Shown piece by piece: positions 40,482 to 49,997 of a stretch of 64,000 bases of DNA (its first letter is position 1; every line of letters starts with the position of its first letter). The stretch comes from a bacterium (lineage in GTDB: Bacteria; Desulfobacterota; DSWW01). A program made the translations under genes and the position numbers. A model generated the notes under the pieces. The model searched no databases. It saw only the letters and a list, made by a program, of their open reading frames with translations, and had not been told where the DNA came from. The stretch is from assembly GCA_040756235.1 (NCBI GenBank), contig JBFLZG010000042.1:1-64000 (forward strand), read 5' to 3'.

Positions 40482-40528
40482 CTTCCCAAGCTGGCTGTCG
40501 CGGGTTCGAGTCCCGTTGCCCGCTCCAG
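40482..40528 (+). repeat. att core (right), duplicated 3' part of tRNA-Gly
   Basis: Identical 47 bp to 30590-30636; no tRNA 5' half upstream. Confidence 0.95.
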
Positions 40529-40701
40529 TTTTCTGTTGCGAGCGGTTCCGGGCTGCGGCGCCAGGGGAGAGGGATCCGCCAGGCCTTCTGAGCGACTCTC
40601 GGTACGACGCGCGAAAAGGGATCCCCGTCGGAAGCAGGAAGCCATCGGAGCGCAGCCGCGGCAAGCTTTCTTCCTCTTTTCTGAGGAGTGCTCAGCCGAG
40701 G

Positions 40702-41052
40702 ATGGCCAAAGTTCTCGCCGAGAGACGCAAACACCCCCGTGTCCCCACCCGGATTCAAATCCGCTATCAAGCGGCGGACCAATTCTTCACGGACTACATC
40801 CACAATTTGTCCCTGGGAGGGATCTTCGTGGAGACGTCCGATCCCCTCCCTGTGAACACGACTCTGAAGGTCCAGTTCTGCCTCCCTGCCATGAACAAGC
40901 CGATCGTCGCGGACGGCGTCGTCGTGCGGTCCATTCAGGGCGGAGGGACGAACTCCGGCATCCGCGGCATGGGCATACGATTCTCCGACTTGGATGAACG
41001 GAGCCGGCATGCCGTGGAGAGGTACGTGGCCAAGGCCCGCCCTGCTTCCTGA
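40702..41052 (+). CDS. PilZ-domain protein
   Basis: ERRKHPR (RxxxR), NLSLGG, GMGIRF. Confidence 0.88.
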   Translation: MAKVLAERRKHPRVPTRIQIRYQAADQFFTDYIHNLSLGGIFVETSDPLPVNTTLKVQFCLPAMNKPIVADGVVVRSIQGGGTNSGIRGMGIRFSDLDERSRHAVERYVAKARPAS

Positions 41053-41096
41053 GCCTGATCCGGCCGACCGGCGGCCGTCCGGCCAACCGACAGAGA

Positions 41097-42839
41097 TCAG
41101 TAGCTGTAGCGGTTCGTTATCGGAAGACGCCGGTCCCTGCCGAACGCCTTGGGCGTGATCTTCATGCCCGGAGGCGCCTGTCGCCTCTTGTATTCGTTTC
41201 GGTCCACCCTCCGCATGATGTCGCGGACGCGATCTCGGGGAAAACCGCTCTGGAGGATCTCCTCGAGACTGTAATCCCTCTCCACGTACAGGTGGAGGAC
41301 CGCATCCAACTCCTCGTACGGCGGCAGACTGTCCTGATCCGTCTGATTCGGCCTCAGCTCGGCGGAAGGGGCCTTCTCGAGGACCGAGCGGGAGATGACC
41401 TCCCTGCCTTTGACGCGATTGAGGTACTCGCAAAGCGCATAGACCGTGGTCTTCGGCACGTCTTTGAGGACCGCGAGCCCGCCCGCCATGTCCCCGTACA
41501 GCGTGCAGTAGCCCACGGAAGTTTCACTCTTGTTGCCGGTGTTGAGGACGATCCAGTTGAACTTGTTCGAAAAGGCCATCAGGACCGTCCCTCGGATCCG
41601 CGCCTGGAGGTTCTCCTCGGTCTGGTCGGGGGCGCTGCCGCGAAATGCAGGCTGCAGCGCCTCCAGGAAGGCGGCAAAGATCGGATCGATCGGGATCACC
41701 CGGAAGGAGATGCCCAGGTCGCGGGCCAGCGCCTCGGCGTCAAGGCGGCTCAGCTCAGAGGAATAGCGCGTGGGCATGAAGATGCCGTGCACGTTCTTCC
41801 GACCCAGAGCCTCGACCGCCAGTGCCGCCGTGATGGAGGAGTCGACGCCGCCACTCAGACCCACCACGGCCTGTTCGAACCCGTTCTTCCCGAGGTAGTC
41901 CCGGATGCCGAGGACGAGGGCATGGAAGATCTCCCCCGTATCCCCCAGCGCTTCTCGTGCAGCGGGTGCGGGCAGAGGGCGGAGCCGCGATTTCGTTTGC
42001 GGCAGGGGAGGAAGCGTCAGGACCTCGACCGGATCCGACCGGCCCTGAGAAGCTCTCCTCTCCTCGCGCCGGCGCGGGTCCAGGAGGCGGGCTCGAAACA
42101 CGTTGCGTACGTTGAGGTCGGTCATGAGGAGGTCTTCGCAAAAAGGCTTTCCCTCGCCGAGGAGTCTGCCTCGCTCGTCCAGAACGAGGCTGTTCCCGTC
42201 GAAGATCAGCTCGTCCTGCCCGCCGACCAGGTTGACGTAGGCCAGGGCAACCGTGTGGTCCATGGCCCGGGTCGAAAGCATCCGCAGCCGTTCGCTCCTG
42301 CGGCCCGCGTAGAACGGGGATGCGGAAATGTTCACCGCCAGCTCGGCGTTACCGCACAGGACCTGAGCGGCCAGAGGGCCGGTCGGCTGCCAGATGTCCT
42401 CGCAAATGGAGAGCCCCACGCGAACCCCCTGGCAGACGAACACCAGGGTGCGGTCTCCGCGCTGGAAATACCTGCTTTCATCGAATACCCCGTAGTTCGG
42501 CAGGTAGTTCTTCCGGTACGTCCCGACCCATTTGCCGTCCTGGAGCAAGGCGGCGGCGTTATAGATGTCATGATCCTTGTCCACGAAGCCGACGACAGCC
42601 GTGATGCCCCGGGTCGCCTCGGCGAGGCTCTCCAGTGCCCGCACGTTGTCCTCGATGAAGAAAGGCTTTAGGAGAAGATCCTCGGGCGGATAGCCGGTCA
42701 GGGCGAGCTCCGGAAAGGCGACGAGGTCGGCTCCGGCGCGCCGCGCCTTCTGCAAGTAAGCGCGGATGCGTCGGGCGTTCCCCTTCAAGTCGCCGACGGT
42801 CGGGTTGATCTGAGCCAGCGCAAGTCTGAAGTTATGCAT
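41097..42839 (-). CDS. nadE: Glutamine-dependent NAD+ synthetase
   Basis: Nitrilase domain FPEL..GYPPEDL, LPNYGVFDE, ICED; synthetase GLSGGVDS, ENLQARIRG, TGNKSE, PSAEL. Confidence 0.96.
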   Translation of the reverse strand: MHNFRLALAQINPTVGDLKGNARRIRAYLQKARRAGADLVAFPELALTGYPPEDLLLKPFFIEDNVRALESLAEATRGITAVVGFVDKDHDIYNAAALLQDGKWVGTYRKNYLPNYGVFDESRYFQRGDRTLVFVCQGVRVGLSICEDIWQPTGPLAAQVLCGNAELAVNISASPFYAGRRSERLRMLSTRAMDHTVALAYVNLVGGQDELIFDGNSLVLDERGRLLGEGKPFCEDLLMTDLNVRNVFRARLLDPRRREERRASQGRSDPVEVLTLPPLPQTKSRLRPLPAPAAREALGDTGEIFHALVLGIRDYLGKNGFEQAVVGLSGGVDSSITAALAVEALGRKNVHGIFMPTRYSSELSRLDAEALARDLGISFRVIPIDPIFAAFLEALQPAFRGSAPDQTEENLQARIRGTVLMAFSNKFNWIVLNTGNKSETSVGYCTLYGDMAGGLAVLKDVPKTTVYALCEYLNRVKGREVISRSVLEKAPSAELRPNQTDQDSLPPYEELDAVLHLYVERDYSLEEILQSGFPRDRVRDIMRRVDRNEYKRRQAPPGMKITPKAFGRDRRLPITNRYSY

Positions 42840-43010
42840 GGCGCGTTCCTCGCTATCGGGGACTCGGGGAAGGCAGGCCTGCTGCGCGCGGCAGCGTCCG
42901 CAGGCACTCGTTGACACGGTGCAGGCGCCTCTTCTAGACTGGCTCGGTCGCCGAATCGGGCATCTGTCGATGCCGTCTTCCTGATGTGCTCAGAGAAAGG
43001 GGCCTTTCCC

Positions 43011-44843
43011 GTGCAGGTGTACAGGAAGATCTGGCATCTTTCCTTTATCTGGGCGCCGATCGTCTACTATCACTTTTTCAGCTACGCCCAGGCCATCCTC
43101 CTCAGCCTCCTGTTCCTGCTCCTCTTCCTCGCCGTTGACATCATCCGATTGAACTGGAAAAGAGGCAACGAGATCGCCTATCGGCATTTCTCCTGGCTTC
43201 TCAGAGAGCAGGAGCGCAAGGGGCTCAACACCGCCTTCTATTTCGCCTTGAGCTGTCTGATCTGCGCCGTTTTCTTCGAGAAGCGGGTCGCCGTGACGGC
43301 CATCGCGCTGCTGTGCGTGGGCGATCCGATCGCCGCGATCATCGGCACCCGCTACGGTTCGATTCGCATTCTGAACAAGTCGCTGCAGGGCAGCCTCGCC
43401 TGTTTCATCGTCTGCTTCGCGGTCGCCCGGTTCATGTTCGATTCCACCCTGGCCTTCTGGGCGGCGCTGACGGCCACTTTCTTCGAGCTGATCTCCTCCA
43501 GGCTCAACGACAATCTGTCCGTTCCCATCTTCTCCGGACTGATGCTCACGTTTCTCTTCCAGCCGCCCGAAATCCGGGGACCCATGCAGTACCTGCTGCG
43601 CTTCCTGGACGTGTATCTTCTGTTTGTCGTGGCGACCTCGTTTGTGGGCATCGGAATTAAGCACTATATCTTACACACTTACATAAAGCACTATCCTGCT
43701 TCCTTCCGTGCCCGAGCCGAGGCGCCGCCGTCGGTTTCGATCATCAAGCCGCTCGCCGGGCTCGAGGGGGGGGACTACGAGAACTTGAGCAGCTTCTGCC
43801 GGCTCGTTTGCGCCGGCCCATGGGAGCTGGTCTTCGTCGTCAAAGACGGGACGGACCCGGTCCTGAAGGTGATCGACCGTCTGCGTCTGGAATTCACCGG
43901 GGTGGACATCCGGGTGGTGTTCAGCGGCCCGGGCGGCTCGATCGCGGACAAGATGAACAAGCTGATACAGGGCGTGCGCCGCGCGCGGGGAAACGTCCTG
44001 ATCTTCAGCGATGCCGCGGTTCGGGTCCCGCCCGATTATCTGGAACGGGTGACCGCTCCGCTTGCGGACCCGGAAATCGGCATGGTCACGGCGGTGGCTT
44101 CTTATTTCGGCGCCAGGACCATTCCGGCGGCCCTGAACGCTCATCTTGTGAATCTGCTGGGGCAGAGCCTTTACTTCACCCTGGCCTTCTTCGATCGTCT
44201 GGAAACCGCCAACGGCTGCACGATCGCCGTCCGGCGAGAGGTGCTGGAGCAGGTGGGGGGCTTCTCGGGCATCTCCCATCAGGTGTCGGAGTCTCATGCC
44301 CTGGCGCAGGCGATCCACCGGAAGGGCTACCGCATCCTTCTGCTGGACAGAATGATTCCGGTTCATCATGCGCGGCTCCCCTGGACGGAGTGGCTGGAGC
44401 GCATGCACCGCATGGTCGTGATCTACAGGACCTATGTTCCGCATTCTTATCCGCTCTTTCTTTTCCAGCTCGGCCTCCTGCATGCTCTCGTCTACTGGTG
44501 GATGCACCCGCTCTCGGTCGTCGGACCGATCCTGGCCGGCGCGAGCCTCGTGGCCGAGACGCTCTCGCACCTGAGAATGAACTACCTCTATGTGAAGGAC
44601 CGCAGCACCTATTTCTTCATTTGGCTGCTGCCGCTGCTGCTGGTGGTCGCGCCTTTGATCTGGGCCAGTCCGTACTTCAGCCGAGTGGTGTGCTGGAGAG
44701 GGCAGCGGTTTTTCGTCGACCGGACCGGTGTTGCAACGCGCCTGAAGGAGATCTCCGCTGAGAACGAGCCGAAGGCCGCAGATGGGCGGGTCGGACGGTC
44801 TTCAGATAGAGCGGGTGCCGGAAGGCTCGAGGGAAGGCTTTGA
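43011..44843 (+). CDS. Fusion: CTP-dependent lipid kinase (Dgk1/phytol/dolichol kinase type) + HpnI/ceramide-glucosyltransferase-like GT2
   Basis: N-terminus RKIWH, LLREQE, GDPIAAIIG, KSLQGS, NDNLSVP; C-terminus VSIIKPLAG, DKMNKL, WRGQRF; start 42984 or 43011. Confidence 0.75.
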   Translation: MQVYRKIWHLSFIWAPIVYYHFFSYAQAILLSLLFLLLFLAVDIIRLNWKRGNEIAYRHFSWLLREQERKGLNTAFYFALSCLICAVFFEKRVAVTAIALLCVGDPIAAIIGTRYGSIRILNKSLQGSLACFIVCFAVARFMFDSTLAFWAALTATFFELISSRLNDNLSVPIFSGLMLTFLFQPPEIRGPMQYLLRFLDVYLLFVVATSFVGIGIKHYILHTYIKHYPASFRARAEAPPSVSIIKPLAGLEGGDYENLSSFCRLVCAGPWELVFVVKDGTDPVLKVIDRLRLEFTGVDIRVVFSGPGGSIADKMNKLIQGVRRARGNVLIFSDAAVRVPPDYLERVTAPLADPEIGMVTAVASYFGARTIPAALNAHLVNLLGQSLYFTLAFFDRLETANGCTIAVRREVLEQVGGFSGISHQVSESHALAQAIHRKGYRILLLDRMIPVHHARLPWTEWLERMHRMVVIYRTYVPHSYPLFLFQLGLLHALVYWWMHPLSVVGPILAGASLVAETLSHLRMNYLYVKDRSTYFFIWLLPLLLVVAPLIWASPYFSRVVCWRGQRFFVDRTGVATRLKEISAENEPKAADGRVGRSSDRAGAGRLEGRL

Positions 44844-45595
44844 TGGGGAACGCTGTCGAGATCGTAAGGGCGCTCAGGGAACACCTCCTGTACCTGATCG
44901 AATCCGACCTGGAGGACGTCTGCTTCGGAGTGCCGAGGTCGGCGCCCGATGCCGCGGACCCGGAAGCGGGTGCGGGAACCGAGTTGCCGGGGGTCGATCC
45001 TGAGAGTCGCCTGCGGGCGCTGCGCGAGGAGCTCGGGGAGTGCCGTCGATGTTCCCTCGCCAAGGGCCGCCGGGCGATCGTGTTCGGCGAAGGAGACCCG
45101 CGGGCAGAAGTCCTGTTCATCGGCGAAGGTCCGGGGAGCGAAGAGGACGCGACCGGGAGGCCTTTCGTCGGGCCGGCCGGTGAAAAGCTCACGGAGATCA
45201 TCGAAAAAGGAATGGGCATTCCCCGCTCCCGGGTGTTCATCTGCAACATCGTGAAGTGCCGCCCGCCGCACAACCGAGTGCCCCTGGACGAGGAGGCGGA
45301 TGCCTGTTTCCCATTTCTGGAGAGGCAGATCGAAGCGGTTCGGCCCAAGGTGATCGTCACCTTGGGACACTCGGCCACCTGTCGCCTGCTGGGGGTCCGA
45401 CTTCCCATGCACCAGCTGAGAGGCAGGTGGCACTCCTACAAAGACATCCCCGTAATGCCCACGTTCCACCCCTCCTACGTGTTGCGCTACTACACGGTAT
45501 CGGTCCGCAAGCAGGTCTGGGAGGACGTGCGCGAAGTCAAGCGCATGCTGATGGAAGGGAAGAGACGGCCGCCGGCCCGAGAGCCGGAAGCGTGA
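44843..45595 (+). CDS. Uracil-DNA glycosylase family 4
   Basis: CRRC, IGEGPG, GRPFVG, NIVKCRPP, FHPS. Confidence 0.93.
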   Translation: MGNAVEIVRALREHLLYLIESDLEDVCFGVPRSAPDAADPEAGAGTELPGVDPESRLRALREELGECRRCSLAKGRRAIVFGEGDPRAEVLFIGEGPGSEEDATGRPFVGPAGEKLTEIIEKGMGIPRSRVFICNIVKCRPPHNRVPLDEEADACFPFLERQIEAVRPKVIVTLGHSATCRLLGVRLPMHQLRGRWHSYKDIPVMPTFHPSYVLRYYTVSVRKQVWEDVREVKRMLMEGKRRPPAREPEA

Positions 45596-45889
45596 GGCTG
45601 GTAGAGGCGACCGGCCGGTCGCCTCTGCTGAAGATCTCCCCTGCTGAAGACCGGACACGGAGCGGTCTCGTTCGCTTGCCCCGGGGACCCGCGCACCTCG
45701 ACGAGCGAACTTGCATGCGCTTTCGCACTCGCGTCCCAGGCCCCTTTGTCGGATGCCTCTGTTGACTAGATATTCTCCTAAGGATTATTATACGGGATTA
45801 TTTTGTCCCCGGAACTTGCGTGCCTGTGCGGGATTGTCCCGTGTGAGCCGGGGCGATCGTACAAGCAGAAGGAGAAGGAGGAACGAGGA

Positions 45890-46174
45890 ATGCTCACGTG
45901 CAACATCGCCAAGGTCGGCAAAGCCTGCGTCTTCATGAAGAAGGCGGGCTGTTCCTATAACGGCGGCACCTGCCACCCCGTGATCGAATCCTGCTCGGGA
46001 TGCTCGAACGTCGAGGCCTTTCCCCAGGGTCAATACTGCCGGGTTTCGCCGGAGCCTTCGCTGAAGTGGAACAGCGGCAAGTGCAACATGGCAACGCACC
46101 TGGAGAAGGCTCAGGAGCAGTCGCCGATCAAGAAGGTGAATCCACTGAAGGCTTCCAAGCGGGCGGCACGATAG
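45890..46174 (+). CDS. PxxKW-type cysteine-rich protein
   Basis: CVFMKKAGC...PSLKWNSGKCNMATH...KVNPLKASKR; TTGACT/TATTAT promoter candidate at 45762-45791. Confidence 0.75.
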   Translation: MLTCNIAKVGKACVFMKKAGCSYNGGTCHPVIESCSGCSNVEAFPQGQYCRVSPEPSLKWNSGKCNMATHLEKAQEQSPIKKVNPLKASKRAAR

Positions 46175-46242
46175 CGGGAGCCCCTCACGGGTTCCTCCGC
46201 TCGACGCCTGCCAGCTGTGGGTTTCAGCCTGTCGGCAGCCCG

Positions 46243-47571
46243 TCACGGGGCAAATTCCGCCACGCAGGAGATGTGGTAGGTCTGGGGAAACATGTCGATG
46301 AGCTGGATTCTCCTGAGACGATAGCTCGAGTAGGAGAACAGCTCGATGTCCCTGGCCAGCGTGGCCGGATTGGAAGAAAGATAGATGATCTTGCCGGGCG
46401 CAAGGGAGACGATTCTCCCGGCAATGTCCTTGGCTCCCTTGCGGGGCGGCTCCACGATGACGACGTCGACTCGGGAGAGCTCCGACTGGACGCGTTCCAG
46501 GCCCATTTCGATGTCGCTCAGCCGGTAGTCGCAATTGTCCAGGCCGTTCTTGGCGGCGTTGCATGCGGCATCTTCCGCCGCGACGGGATGGCTCTCCAGG
46601 CCGATGACCCTTTTCACCCCGGGTGCCAGCGGCAGGCTCAGATTCCCCATGCCGCAGTAGAGATCCAGGACGATCTTGTCCCGCGTCGGCTCGATCCACT
46701 CGCCGACGATTCTCTGCAGATTCCGGTTCTGCTCGAGGTTGACCTGGCTGAAGGTGGCAAGGCGGGCCTTGGCTTCGATCTGCGCGGAGCCGGGGACGAC
46801 CGGGGCGAATCGCAGGCGCAGACTGCAGTTCCCGAAGTCTTCGACCTTTTCCTGCTCGCCTCCCCTGGTTTCCAGGGAGACTCCGTACATCTTGGGGATG
46901 TGAGCCTTCAAGGCTTTCAGGAAGTCGGTCACGAACTCGCCCAGCCCGGTCGGGCTCTGGAAGGAAAGGACCGCCTCTTCCTCCAGCGGGTCGGCAAGGA
47001 CTTCGACCTCGGTGAAAGGGAGGAAGTAGTCCAGCGAGTTCAGGAGTTGGCGAAGCTTGCGGACGATCTCGTTCAGGAAGGCGGGCAACAGCTCGCATCG
47101 CTCGATGGGAAGGACTTCCCGGCAGCGGGCCCGATGGAATCCGACGACCGTCCTCTTGCGGACCTGACAATGCAGTTGGACTCTGCAGCGGTATCCGTAA
47201 GGGCTCGCAGAAGCGACGGGCGGCAGCCACTCGCATACAGCGGTGCCGGCGGCGCCCATTCTGGCCAGAGAGTCTCTGAGGGTCCGCTCCTTGGCTTCCA
47301 GCTGATACGGGTAGTGGAGATGCTGCCAGTGGCACCCGCCGCATTCCCCGAAGTAGTCGCACAAGGGCACGGCGCGATTGGACGATCGGGTTTCGAATTC
47401 TTCCACGACGCCTCTGAGGTAGTTGCGCTTGTCTTCGGAGATCTTGACCCGAACACGATCGCCGGGGGCCGTGGTGGGAACGAAGATCACCTTCTTTTGC
47501 ACATGGCCGATCCCTTCGCCTCCATAGGCGAGGGACTCGATTTCGACGTTCTCGAATGATCCTGTTTTCAA
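46243..47571 (-). CDS. RlmD/TrmA-family RNA methyltransferase homologue with altered active site
   Basis: TRAM domain, CDYFGECGGC, VLDLYCGMG, PPRKG, IDMFPQT; start approximate (TTG). Confidence 0.85.
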   Translation of the reverse strand: MKTGSFENVEIESLAYGGEGIGHVQKKVIFVPTTAPGDRVRVKISEDKRNYLRGVVEEFETRSSNRAVPLCDYFGECGGCHWQHLHYPYQLEAKERTLRDSLARMGAAGTAVCEWLPPVASASPYGYRCRVQLHCQVRKRTVVGFHRARCREVLPIERCELLPAFLNEIVRKLRQLLNSLDYFLPFTEVEVLADPLEEEAVLSFQSPTGLGEFVTDFLKALKAHIPKMYGVSLETRGGEQEKVEDFGNCSLRLRFAPVVPGSAQIEAKARLATFSQVNLEQNRNLQRIVGEWIEPTRDKIVLDLYCGMGNLSLPLAPGVKRVIGLESHPVAAEDAACNAAKNGLDNCDYRLSDIEMGLERVQSELSRVDVVIVEPPRKGAKDIAGRIVSLAPGKIIYLSSNPATLARDIELFSYSSYRLRRIQLIDMFPQTYHISCVAEFAP

Positions 47572-47797
47572 CGCCGTATTCCTCGCATCGGATCCGGATC
47601 TGATTGTGTCTGCTGGTCGGGATGGAGACGAGAACCTGACGGAAAGCGGCCACAAGGCCTCTGTGAATCTAGCACGAATCGATCGTCCCGTCATGTCGCC
47701 AAAGGGATCGGCGGGCGCAGGGAGAATGCGGCCGAGCCGGGCTGCTTGCACCTGTGCTGCGCACGGCATGCGCCCGTGCCGGGCCCCGGCGGCCCGG

Positions 47798-47827
47798 TTG
47801 ACGCTGAGGCCATTTTCACAATATACT
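47798..47827 (+). promoter_or_regulatory. Candidate sigma70 promoter for ribBA
   Basis: TTGACG-18 bp-TATACT. Confidence 0.5.
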
Positions 47828-47917
47828 TAAGCGCTTACTCGGGCCGCCTGGAACAGATCGTTCGGCCTTGTCTGCCCAGGATCGGCTCATTTCACAAAAG
47901 GGAAGGGAAAGCCACCC

Positions 47918-49126
47918 ATGCCGCCTGCCAAGGTCAAGGACGCGATCGAGGACATCCGCAAGGGCAAGTTGGTCATCCTGGTCGACGATGAGGACCGGGA
48001 GAACGAAGGCGACTTGTGCTTTGCCGCAGAGCACGTGACCCCGGAAAAGATCAACTTCATGGCGATGCACGGCAGAGGCTTGATCTGCCTCAGCATGACC
48101 GACGAGCGCCTCCAGCAGCTGGACATCCCGCTCATGGTCCAGAAGAACACGTCCCGGTTCGAGACCGCCTTCGCCGTCTCCATCGATGCCAAGACCGGCA
48201 TCACCACCGGGATTTCCGCCTATGACCGGGCCCGCACGGTCCGGCTCGCGGTGGAGAGCCAGACGAAGCCTGCGGATTTCGTGCGGCCGGGACACATCTT
48301 CCCCCTTCGCTGCAAGCCGGGCGGCGTGCTCGTGAGGACCGGGCAGACCGAAGGGTCGGTGGACCTGGCCCGGCTGGCCGGCCTGATGCCCGCAGCCGTG
48401 ATCTGCGAGATCATGAAAGACGACGGGACCATGGCCAGGATGCCGGACCTCGAGAAGATGGCGCAAGAACACGACCTGAAGATCGTCACGATTGCAGACA
48501 TCATCGCCTACCGGCTCCAGAAGGAGTCGCTCGTAGAAAAGGTGGCGGAAGCGACCATACCGACCCCTTTCGGCGGGGAGTTTCGAGGCATCGTGTTTCG
48601 CAGCCGGGTGGATCATACCGATCATCTGGCCATGGTCAAGGGGGAATTCACCCCCGAAGAGGACGTGCTGGTCCGCATGCACTCCGAATGCCTGACCGGC
48701 GACGTGTTCTTTTCCCTGCGCTGCGATTGTGGCCAGCAGCTCATCCGGGCCATGGAGATGATCGGTGAGGAAGGGAAGGGGGCCCTGATCTACATGCACC
48801 AGGAGGGCCGGGGCATCGGCCTGGTCAACAAGATCAAGGCTTACGCGCTGCAGGAGAAGGGGAAAGACACCGTCGAAGCCAACGAGGCCCTCGGCTTCAA
48901 GGCCGATCTCAGGGATTACGGCATCGGCGCGCAGATTCTGACCCATCTGGGCATCCGCAAGCTCCGCCTCATGACCAACAATCCGAAGAAGATCATCGGA
49001 TTGGAGGGGTACGGACTGGAGGTCGTCGAGCAGGTGCCGATCATCGTCCAGCCGAACAGCCGGAATCTTGCCTATCTGAAAGCCAAGCAGGAGAAGATGG
49101 GGCATTTGCTGCATCTGGAACCGTAG
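47918..49126 (+). CDS. ribBA: Bifunctional DHBP synthase/GTP cyclohydrolase II
   Basis: DDEDRENEGD, RPGHIFPL, HSECLTGD, RCDCG, QEGRGIGL, LMTNNP. Confidence 0.97.
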   Translation: MPPAKVKDAIEDIRKGKLVILVDDEDRENEGDLCFAAEHVTPEKINFMAMHGRGLICLSMTDERLQQLDIPLMVQKNTSRFETAFAVSIDAKTGITTGISAYDRARTVRLAVESQTKPADFVRPGHIFPLRCKPGGVLVRTGQTEGSVDLARLAGLMPAAVICEIMKDDGTMARMPDLEKMAQEHDLKIVTIADIIAYRLQKESLVEKVAEATIPTPFGGEFRGIVFRSRVDHTDHLAMVKGEFTPEEDVLVRMHSECLTGDVFFSLRCDCGQQLIRAMEMIGEEGKGALIYMHQEGRGIGLVNKIKAYALQEKGKDTVEANEALGFKADLRDYGIGAQILTHLGIRKLRLMTNNPKKIIGLEGYGLEVVEQVPIIVQPNSRNLAYLKAKQEKMGHLLHLEP

Positions 49127-49131
49127 CCTAG

Positions 49132-49282
49132 GAGCCTGTCCAAGGATTCGGCTCCGGGAGGCTGTTCAGAAATGTCCAGATGCAAGGCGCGCGAAATCCT
49201 GAGGAATGAGGCGTACATGGGAGTACGCCGCAATGACGAAGGATGAGCGCAACGCCGCAGATGGGCATTTATGGACAGCCTC
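49132..49282 (-). mobile_element. MITE-like ~150 bp repeat, full inverted copy flanked by CTAG
   Basis: CTAG|GAGCCTGTCCA...TGGACAGCCTC|CTAG (CTAG at 49128-49131 and 49283-49286). Confidence 0.85.
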
Positions 49283-49301
49283 CTAGAACGAGGAAGCTTC
49301 G

Positions 49302-49958
49302 ATGCCGATCAAGATTCAGGTCCTCAACGACATCCTCGAGTTCAACGAATCGTTCGCGACCGAGAACCGCCGTGTGTTCGACCGCAACAAGACGTTCGCG
49401 GTCAACCTGATGAGCTCTCCCGGTGCCGGCAAGACGACGCTGCTCGAGAGGACCCTGGAGCGGCTGGCCCCCGCCTCCGTCGCGGTCATCGAAGGAGACA
49501 TGCGTACCACCCGGGATGCTGAACGCCTGGAGCGCTTCGGTATTCAGATCGTGCAGATCAACACGGGCAATGCCTGCCACCTGGACGGCCAGATGGTTCA
49601 CAACGCGCTGCAAGAGCTCGACTTGGGCGGGGTCCGGCTCCTCCTGATCGAGAACGTGGGAAACCTGGTCTGTCCGGCCGAGTTCCGCATGGGAGAGCAC
49701 GCCAAGGTGGCTGTCCTGAGCGTGACCGAAGGGGAGGACAAGCCGCTGAAGTATCCTCTCATGTTCCGCGAATCCTCCCTGTGCGTCTTCAACAAGACCG
49801 ATCTCCTGCCCCATCTTGACTACCGGCTGGAAGAGGCGATCCAGAATGCCCGCCAGATCAACCCGAAGCTCGAGCATCTGGCCATGTCCTGCAAGACCGG
49901 AGAAGGCCTGGATCGCTGGATCTCCTGGCTTCAGGCCGGCATCGACCGGATGGCCTGA
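49302..49958 (+). CDS. hypB: Nickel incorporation GTPase HypB
   Basis: NLMSSPGAGKTT, TGNACHLD, IENVGNLVCPA, EGEDKPLKYP. Confidence 0.95.
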   Translation: MPIKIQVLNDILEFNESFATENRRVFDRNKTFAVNLMSSPGAGKTTLLERTLERLAPASVAVIEGDMRTTRDAERLERFGIQIVQINTGNACHLDGQMVHNALQELDLGGVRLLLIENVGNLVCPAEFRMGEHAKVAVLSVTEGEDKPLKYPLMFRESSLCVFNKTDLLPHLDYRLEEAIQNARQINPKLEHLAMSCKTGEGLDRWISWLQAGIDRMA

Positions 49959-49997
49959 CGGCGCGGCCCTGCAGCTCCCTGTGAAAGGTGTCATTCG

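Larger units (their letters stand above)
30590..40528. mobile_element. tRNA-Gly-integrated phage-satellite-like (PICI-like) element, ~9.9 kb
   Basis: 47-bp direct repeats at both ends; integrase, xis, rep, DnaB, Nu1-like TerS, cos-like site; no TerL/portal/capsid recognised. Confidence 0.85.

Noticed and set aside
40432..40528. Second tRNA-Gly gene
   Set aside because: Only the 3' 47 bp is present; acceptor 5' strand and D arm are missing, so it is the att duplication.
30590..40528. Complete prophage or conjugative element
   Set aside because: No TerL, portal, capsid, tape measure, lysis, relaxase or T4SS gene recognised within 9.9 kb.
47830..47917. FMN riboswitch upstream of ribBA
   Set aside because: Leader is short and lacks recognisable RFN conserved blocks.
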